A DNA stretch of 64,000 nucleotides from NCBI RefSeq assembly GCF_016432865.1, contig NC_067401.1, forward strand, positions 11,036,001 through 11,100,000. Direction: 5' to 3'. Made by a program: the position numbers and the translations under genes. Shown here one piece after another: positions 9,901 to 64,000 of the stretch. The notes under the pieces were generated by a model. The model ran no database searches and was not told where the DNA came from. It saw only the letters and a list, made by a program, of their open reading frames with translations. Numbering within the stretch: position 1 is the stretch's first letter; each line of letters opens with the position of its first letter. Source of the stretch: Antechinus flavipes (Eukaryota).

Positions 9901-12900
9901 AAGGTCAGCCAGAGGCTGGGGGCGGGGGGCTGAGGAGGGCTTTTCCTTCCTTCTGCCCTAGCCGGGGTAGCCCCATAGGAGCCCTCGCGGCCTGCGGGCC
10001 CTCACCTCCCCCGACTGCTCCTCAGGACGCCCTGCTCCTGGCGCTGAAGTCTCTGCCCCCCCAGACGCTCCTCAACGTGGCTACGTTTGGCTCGTCCGTG
10101 CTCCCGCTCTTCCCTGGCAGCCAGCCCTGCAACGATGTGAGTCCCCCCCCCCCCAAACCCCGGGGCCTCTGGTCAGCGCCCTTCCCGGGGCCAGTAGCTC
10201 CGGCCTCCGAGGCTGGGGGCAGCTGACGGGGCCCTTGGTCGCCCCGGGTGCCTCGGCCGAGATGGTCCCCTCCAGCGCTCCGTGTTCCGAGGCCGCCGGG
10301 TCCCCGCCTCCTCTGCAATGGGCTGGGGTGGAGCACGGGCACAGAGCCCCCTCCCTCTCCCTTCCCCTCCCAGCACACCCTGCAGCTGGCCTGTGAGGGC
10401 GTCGAGGCCCTGAAGGCGGGCCGGGAAAGGCCGGACGTGCTGGCGGGGCTCCGCTGGGCCCTGGAGCAGCCGGCCCACCGAGGGCACCCCCGGCAGCTCT
10501 TTGTGCTCACCGCCGCCGCTCCCCCCGCCCCGGCCGCCCAGCAGGCCCTGGAGCTCATGAGGCGCCACGGGGGCACGGCCAGGTAAGAGCCGGCGTGGGG
10601 TCCCGGGTCTCCCCCTGGCGGGCTCCCCGGTCAGCCCTCGCCCTGTCCTCCCCGCAGGTGCTTCTCCTTCGGGCTGGACCCCGCCTGCCGCCAGCTGCTC
10701 CGGGGGCTGTCCGCCCTCAGTCGGGGTCACGCGTACTTTCTGGCCCCCGGGGAGAGGTTGCAGCCCATGGTGAGCTTGGGGGGGGGCCCTCACCCTGGCA
10801 CCCGCCTCGGGCATCATCTGCCACCTTTGTCCTTCCCTGCCCCGGGATCCTAGTGCCTGGTAACCCGCTCTTCCCCAAGGGCCCCGGGGAGCGGAGGGCC
10901 CTGGTCCCCCATCCCCTTGTCCCTCTCCCCCCGCTCAGTGATGAATCTTCCGCAGCTCGTGCGCGCACTTCGGACCGCCCTGGAGCCAGCCCTGAGCGAC
11001 ATTTCTGTGGACTGGTTCATGCCCGATTCCGTGGAGGCCATGCTGACTCCCCGGGAGATCCCCCCGCTCTACCCAGGAGACCGACTGATCGGCTACTGCT
11101 CCCTCTTCCGAGTGGAAGGCTTCCGGCCCCGCCCCCCCGCGGTAAGCGCGAGATCCGGCCGGGAGAACCAGGCCACACCCTCCTAAGCCAGGATCTTGTT
11201 GGAATGCCCATCCATCAACTAGCATTTATTAAGCACCTACTGTATGCCAGACCAAACTGAACCGGTCCCTGGCCTCAAGGAGCTTACCCGCTAAAAGATG
11301 TCCATGGTCCGGCAAGAGGTATCGGAGGGAGCTCCTCCTCAAATTCCCCCTCAGCCCTTCTGGCGCCCCTCCCTCACCCTAATCAATCAGCGCCGCAGAA
11401 ACCAGCCCCGGGGGCTAAGTGCTCACAGCGCGGCCACAGGAAACGCCTCTGCAAACCCCAACAACGGGCTTCCTCTGAGGAGGGGCTGCCGGTCTGACCC
11501 CTGCTTCTCCCTCCCGCAGTTCCAAGCTCCGGCTTGGGCCACTGACACTTCCTCCTTGCTCCTTCCTCAGGGTCAAGAGCCCGGGTGGAGGAGCTTAGGG
11601 GGCTCTGTGTTCCCATCTCCAGAGGAGCCGTCAGCCACCAGCCACGGCACCGAGCCCACGGGAGCCACAGACCCAACGGGCACGGCGTCCGCCGGGCACT
11701 CCAGCCTCTGTGGTCCTGGCGACTCCGAGAGGAGCGAGTGCGGGTGGGAAGGCCCCCAGGAGCCAGGGAAGGACAAGCTGGGGGCCTCCTCTGCCATACT
11801 CCCAGCGGGTGCTGAGCCCCCCACAGATCCCGCCACTGACCCCGGGCCAGACCCCCCCTCGGACGCCGCCATCTGGAGACGGATATTTCATTCCTCCTAC
11901 ATCCGGGAGCAGTACGTCCTGACGCGCTGTTCCACCAGCCCAGAGCCAGGCCCCGCTTCCCCGGGCAGCAGCGAGTCCCCAGGGTCCTGGGGTCCCGGCT
12001 CCCCTGACAACAGCGCCCCCCCAGTCCTCCCCTCTCAGCAGGGCCACCGGAGCCTGGCCTGGGGAGACCCCGCCCCTGCCGCCACCAGTCATTCCTGCCC
12101 GCTGCCGCTGTCCGGCCCGTTCCCGGTGAGGCGAGGGGCCGGGGGCCGGGAGGGGGGGGGTGAGGACCCCCAGGGTTAGTGCCAAGGGGTCACCTCCACT
12201 CTGCAGGCGCCACCCCTCGCCCTGGAGAGGCCGGGCCAGCCTCCCAAAACAGCTTTCACCGGGCGCAGCCTCTCAACGCCCCAGGGGGGGAAAGACCCTG
12301 TCCTCCAGCCGCGGAGGAATCGGTCCTTGGGCGGACCGAGCCCGGAGCAGAGGCAGCAGCTCCGCAGAAGCCTCGATGACTCGGGTAAGAGAGGGGGCGC
12401 CAGGCGGACATCTCGGGGATGTCAGAACAGAAACCCCCACAATGCACCGGGGCCTCAGCAAAGTCACCAAGATGCTACCAAAGATGCTACCATCTCTTCT
12501 TCCTTCACCCCCATAGGAAACCTGCTCTCGCCGACCCCCCTGGACTGGGACATGTTGGTGGAGCCCCCCTTCATGTTTGCCCCGTCCCCATCTGCAGAAG
12601 AGTCTGCCCCCTCCCCCACAGGCCCACCTCCTCCCCCCCCACCCCAGCCCCCACGGTGTCACGTGGCGGTGAGGGCCCTGCAGGACGGGCGGCCCGTGTG
12701 CTGGGAGGTGGGTGCTGGCTTGGAGCCCTTCCTGGGGCCCTCGGAAGATCCCCCGCCACCCTCTCCCCAGGGGGGAGAAGCTTGGGACCAAACTCTGCAC
12801 CGGCTGACGGCGGCCTCGGTGGTCCGGGACAACGAGCAGCTGGCCCTGCAGGGGACACAACCTGGTGAGGGGGCACAGCCCGGTGAGGGGGGGCGCACAA

Positions 12901-14200
12901 GCCGGCCCCCAGAGCCTCTGACCTCCCGGCCCTGCGCCCGCAGGCCCCATCCGCCGCTTCCGGCTCAGAGCCCTGCAGACCAGCAAAGCCACGGCGGCCG
13001 CTTCCCTGTTCACCTGCCCCGTGGCTGTGGACGCGGTCACGCGCGAGGCCCTCCCGGGGGCCCTCCGAGTTCACAGCTCAGGTAGCGCCCCCCTCCGCCA
13101 GTTGTTTTCCGCGGCCCGGAACTGTGGGGTCGCGCTCCACGTCCCGGCTTCTTGTCTCTCCACAGAGCCAGCGCCGGCCCCCCGGGCAGAGTGCGCCGAG
13201 GACTCCGGGCAGCCTGAGGGTAAGGCCCCGCCCAAGCGGAGGGCAGCCGGGGGGGGGGAGGGAGCGGGGTTCACCTGCCCCCCCTCCCCCGTTACAGGTT
13301 TCGCGGACAGCGCGTCAGCCAGCTCCCGGGACTCGGAGAACAGCGCCGGCTCAAGGTACCCGCCCAGGGGGGAGGCCCGAGTGGGGGCCCCGCCCAGCAG
13401 GAGGGAGGGGGTGGGACCAATGTCTCTCCGCCCCCAGGCTCAGCTGGAGGCGGTTTGGTTCTGGCCGAAGACTCTACACCCCGGAGCCTGACGGGAGGTC
13501 GGTCGGGGAGGGCGCCAAGGACCGCTGGGACCACGACTACCTCCCGCTGGTAAGGCGCGGAGGGGGATGGGGGGAACCTCGCGGGGAAAGATGGAAGAAA
13601 CGGGGTGGGGAGCAGGGCCCGGGCCGGGCCTCCCCAAGCCGGCCCACCCTCCCTCAGGTGCGGCTGCAGGAGGCCGCGGGCTCCTTCCGCTTGGACGGCC
13701 CCTTCTGCGCGGCGGTGCAGATCCCCCACGAGAGGCTGTGCAGGGCCTCGCCCTTCCCGGCGCACCGGGCCACCCTCAGCCCAGCCTCCGCCTCTTCCCC
13801 GTGGGCTCTCCTCGGCCCGGGCGCCAGCGCCGGGGGAACGGCTTCGGGCAGCCAGTCCCCCAGCAGCGGCTCGGAGGGCCCGGGCCAGGTGGACAGCGGG
13901 CACGGCTCCGACACAGAAGCCTCGGAGGGGGCCGAGGGCCCCGGGGTCCCTGACCTGCGGGGCCGCAGCTGGGCCACGGCGGTGGCCCTGGCCTGGCTGG
14001 AGCACCGCTGCACCGGCACCTTCGGGGAGTGGGAGCTGGTGGCGGCCAAGGCCGACGGCTGGCTCAGGGCCCAGCGCCTGCCCGACGGCCTGGACCTGGC
14101 CGCCCTCAAGGCCGCAGCCCGAGGCCTCTTCCTGCTCCTGCGCCACTGGGATCAGAACCTCCAGCTGCGCCTGCTGTGCTACAGCCCCGCCAACGTCTGA
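3959..14200 (+). CDS. VWA5B2: von Willebrand factor A domain-containing protein 5B2 (about 1207 aa, VIT and vWA domains)
   Basis: Coding exons 3959-4097, 4202-4375, 6235-6445, 6650-6804, 8826-8957, 9048-9172, 9748-9903, 10026-10136, 10374-10582, 10658-10769, 10956-11141, 11571-11733, 11806-12125, 12207-12384, 12517-12864, 12944-13081, 13166-13219, 13298-13355, 13438-13549, 13658-14200 sum to 3624 nt in frame. Peptides MPGLYCPATWTPLPL..., VWFLQRRFHKDILLNPVL, ALEPALSDISVDWF and ...LLCYSPANV* match mammalian VWA5B2 as recalled. Junctions at 11733/11806 and 13355/13438 are less certain. Confidence 0.95.
4420..5865. repeat. 27-bp minisatellite (about 54 copies) in VWA5B2 coding intron 2
   Basis: Unit agagc(c/t)gggga(c/t)cccaggag(c/t)ag(g/a)ca(c/g) repeats at exact 27-bp period from 4420 (4447, 4474, 4501...), with a few shortened units distally. 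Confidence 0.98.
6856..7302. repeat. 32-bp CpG-rich minisatellite (about 14 copies) in VWA5B2 coding intron 4
   Basis: Unit gggcagccggggc(t/g)ctccgcgctggggtc(a/g)g(t/g/c), period 32 (6861, 6893...), beginning about 50 nt after the exon-4 donor. Confidence 0.97.
7535..7720 (-). mobile_element. MIR/CORE-SINE remnant with adjacent L2-type tail
   Basis: cccattttgcagctgaggaaac...aagtgacttgcccagg...tttgaactc is the reverse-complement CORE-SINE core. Many similar decayed copies elsewhere are not listed individually. Confidence 0.7.
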
Positions 14201-14389
14201 GGGCCCGGCCCCGGGGCTGGGCGGGTGCCCTCCGAGGGTCGCCCTCCTCCCCCGCCTCTCCCATCTTCTCCTCCACCACAGAAAGTGCCTGCTCTTCTTC
14301 CGTCTCCCCTTCCCCTTCCCTCTAAGCCAGAGCCGCCTCTTAGAGCCTGGGGGGCTGATCTAGGAGGGCCCGCCCCCTATGGCGGCTGC

Positions 14390-14395
14390 AATAAA
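14390..14395 (+). terminator. VWA5B2 polyadenylation signal AATAAA
   Basis: AATAAA 190 nt after the TGA, followed by U/GU-containing sequence. Confidence 0.85.
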
Positions 14396-14528
14396 GTGCC
14401 TCTGAGGACCACTCCCGCGCATGCGTTTCTCTCAATGGTTGGCCTGCGGCCCCTTGGAGGTTGGGCCTCTGGGCCCCGCAGAAGCTGACAGAGCAGAAGG
14501 CGGCAGCAGGGGGCTGGGCCGGGCCAGG

Positions 14529-14534
14529 TTTATT
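14529..14534 (-). terminator. ALG3 polyadenylation signal AATAAA
   Basis: TTTATT on + strand, about 80 nt beyond the ALG3 stop codon. Confidence 0.85.
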
Positions 14535-14611
14535 GGGGAGGTAGCTCTACAGGGACCAGAGTCTGTCAGCACCCCCAGGTCCGAGGCCAGGGAAGCTTGG
14601 GTGGCAGCAGC

Positions 14612-61298
<46,687 letters not shown>

Positions 61299-63750
61299 GT
61301 ACGGTCACCCCGGGGGCTGCATTTAACCCCAGCTCCTCTCTGCTCCCTTCCCTCTCTGTCACCCTCTGCCCTTGGTTGTGCTGGGAAACTGGGAGGAAGA
61401 AGAAACAAAAGGGTTTGGAGACTGGATGTACCAGACCTCAGGCTACAGAGCTGAGGAGTCCAAAGCAAACCTGCCCCCATGCTTTGGCTCACCTATTAGT
61501 TCTCATTGCTTCTTGAACCCTAAAATTACTCTAGTTCAGAAGTATAGCAAGTAAGGTCTAAGGAAGAGATGAAGAAATCCAACCTCTCCATTTGACAGAT
61601 AGGGAAACCGAGGCCCAGAGGAGGAAAATGAACGAATTGAGGAAAAGATTTGAATCCGGGCCATTCTACGCCCAAACCCTCTTTCTGTTCCTCACCCTCC
61701 TTTTGGTCTCCAAACTTCTTGGCTCATGGTCTAATTAGTAAAATAGTAATTTTTTTTCCAGGTCAAAGAAATACCTAATGATTCTGTTTATGAAGTAGGT
61801 AGGTTGAAAGTTCAAACTGTCAGGGGGCTGCCACCCACAGCCTGGAAACTGCAGATGCGGCAAAAGGGACCAAGAGGTCCGAGTCCCCGAGCAGAAAATC
61901 AGTGGCTTCAGTTTCTTCTGAAAAATCAGAGGATTGCTTTGAGCGACTTCTGCAAGTCTCTTGAAACTCTAAATCTGAAATCTTTATGATCCCCTGTCTT
62001 GGGTTCAAGATCCATTTAAGATTCCTACTAGTTAGCAAGCGTTTTCTCCCATTCTTTGCCTCATCCATAAAATGGGGACAGTGGTATCCATGATTCACAA
62101 GCGTTTCTAGGTGCTACTAGACAGGTACGGTGCCGGGGCCTGTAAATACCCAGACCCCTCATAAACCCTGCCCCGCTAACAAAATCTTCCTGCCGGACTA
62201 GCTCCGTTCTTTAGCTTCCTCATCTGTAAAGTGGGGATAAGGCACTCCCCAGCTCCCGGAGCCTTTGAGAGAATAAAACGATTGGAAAAGAGCTTTCTAA
62301 GGCCAGTATTATTCTCGCTCTCCTCAAACATCCTCACGAATGGGAAGCTGAGCGCTAACCTTCCCAAGCTGGGAATGGCTTTTCGGGCAAAAGTTCAGAT
62401 CTTTAAAATTGGGGGCACAGGGGTCCAAGTCCTACCAGCTATGGTGGGGAAGTCTAATGGGCAGGGCCAGGGAGGTGAAGGCTTGGGAGGGGCCGCCTCC
62501 TATCCCTTTGTAGTTAAGCCTCATGGGCAGAGTTGGGGGTGGTGGTGAAGGCACGGGTGGGGCCGACCATTCGCTGAATACTCGGCTGTGATTAGATGAT
62601 AATGACCACTTAGTCAGTCTCTTCTAAGGGCGAGAAGCTTGGGAGGAGGAGCGCAGACTCGCCCTTCCTCTGCATCAGGATGCAATGGGTTCTGGGGAAG
62701 CTCCTTAGAAGCCAAGATCGGTCCCTTTTCGCTTTTCATCCTCAGTTTCCCACTTAGAGGAGGGCCCGGAGCTGCGACTGCCCGGGACCAGGGAACTCCT
62801 TGCTTGTGAAACTCCCACAGTTCCGGCCCTTGCAGCCGGACCAGCTGAGACATATGAGATGGGCAGCCCTGGCTCTTTGGCTCCAAGCGTCCTAGTGCCT
62901 CTTGGGGGCTGGAACTTTGTCAATGATCCATTGGAGTTGTAGCTCTGAGCACAACCAAGAGCCAGCTGCCTCCGTGCTGGCCCCTCCCCTCCTAGGTCCT
63001 CGCTGGGTGGCATGGACTCTCCCTCATTTGATTCCTGGTCTCAGAGTATGGGAATCACAGGTCTTGTGTTCGAGTGTCCTCCTGGATGTGGGTTTGGCCC
63101 CAAATAATGTGGTTTGAGGGCCCCAGATGACGGTAGACCCCAAAAGTTGGGGTTCAGACACATGAAACTTTCCCAATGGCCATTCTCTTTGGTGAAAGGT
63201 AGATTTATTTAGGAAAAGGTTATAGACAAAATGAAGGGGGAGCAGATGAAAGCCGGGTTCCTCAAACTCCCAGTTACCAGTAGAGAGGGAGCCCCCATGA
63301 GGTTGGGGCATGGCCTGGCCCTGAAAGGTCAGGTAGCTGTAAGGGGGAGAAGTGGGGCCGGGAAGCAGAGTGGGATTAGGGCAGGGGGAGGGAAGGAGAG
63401 AGACCCCAGGAGGCAGAGTGCCCAGACGGGCTGACCCAAAGGAGAGCAGCGGCCATGGGACGGCCCCTAAGTAGACTTTCTAGGGGAAATTGAATGCAGG
63501 GACATGACCGGGATTTCTGACGGGGCACGGCAAGGGGAGGCCGTCTCGGGTTTGATGTAACTTGGATTTCAGATTGGGCGACCTCCCCAGGGGGTGGGAC
63601 CATGGAGCTCCACTGATCTCCACCAGAGCCTTCTCCCTGCCCGTCTCAGGGACCAACTTCCCCGCCAACCGAGGAGACCTCCCCGCTCCTCCGCCTCCAT
63701 TCCCACTTCTGCCCTCAGCCACCTTCTTCCCCTGGCTGTTTTTGATTTAT

Positions 63751-63840
63751 TTTGGAGGCAATCTGTCTAGGATCACATGGCTGAGTGTCTGAGGCTGAAT
63801 TTGAACTCGGGGCCCCCTGACTCCAGGCCTGGCCTCTCTT
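63751..63840 (-). mobile_element. Partial WSINE1/CORE-SINE
   Basis: ttttggaggcaat...gagtgtctgaggctgaatttgaactc...ctgactccagg. Confidence 0.6.
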
Positions 63841-64000
63841 CCTGTTTCCTCACACAAAAAATGAAGGCAAGGAACCAGATGACCTCCTTAAGTTTCATTT
63901 CAGCTCCCAATCTGGGCTAGAACCCGGCTTTTTCCTGAGAACACTAAAACCTCTTGCCGCCTCTCCAGGGCTGGCTGTTCGGGGAGTTCTCCCTGAGTCT

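Noticed and set aside
11298-11570. N-terminal part of the 293-aa ORF 11298-12179
   Set aside because: It lies in intron 11, between the donor at 11142 and the strong acceptor at 11570; homology starts at GQEPGW.
12470-12492. Short tandem duplication aagatgctacca in VWA5B2 intron 14
   Set aside because: Two-copy slippage event with no evident function.
61299-64000. Possible ECE2 truncation or pseudogenisation because the C-terminal exon is missing
   Set aside because: All 18 visible exons are intact and in frame and the donor at 61299 is canonical; the last exon most likely lies beyond the window edge.

Overview
Eukaryotic genomic DNA from a marsupial, probably a dasyurid judging by WSINE1-type CORE-SINEs, Mar1 SINEs and OC1-type hAT MITEs. 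The window is syntenic with the human 3q27.1 cluster. Gene order: VWA5B2 (+, 20 coding exons, complete), ALG3 (-, 9 exons, complete, with one AT-AC U12-type intron), EEF1AKMT4 (+, 3 exons, complete), CAMK2N2 (-, 2 coding exons, complete) and ECE2 (+, 18 coding exons; the last coding exon lies beyond the window). I assembled all exon chains by hand from splice signals; each stays in frame. All junctions needed for the EEF1AKMT4-ECE2 read-through fusion are phase 0. The most novel observation is that the terminal exon of EEF1AKMT4 begins AG|GTGAGT, a textbook recursive-splice motif, and has no canonical poly(A) signal downstream; together these suggest a mechanism for the read-through. Also present: three intronic minisatellites (one with a 324-bp higher-order repeat), a probable GC-AG in-frame intron, a possibly lineage-specific intron in VWA5B2, inverted SINE pairs flanking an in-frame exon block, a young L1 with a perfect 16-bp TSD and three assembly gaps. 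No prokaryotic features (CRISPR, operons). Gene and repeat family names rest on my recollection of the orthologues and consensus sequences, not on database searches.
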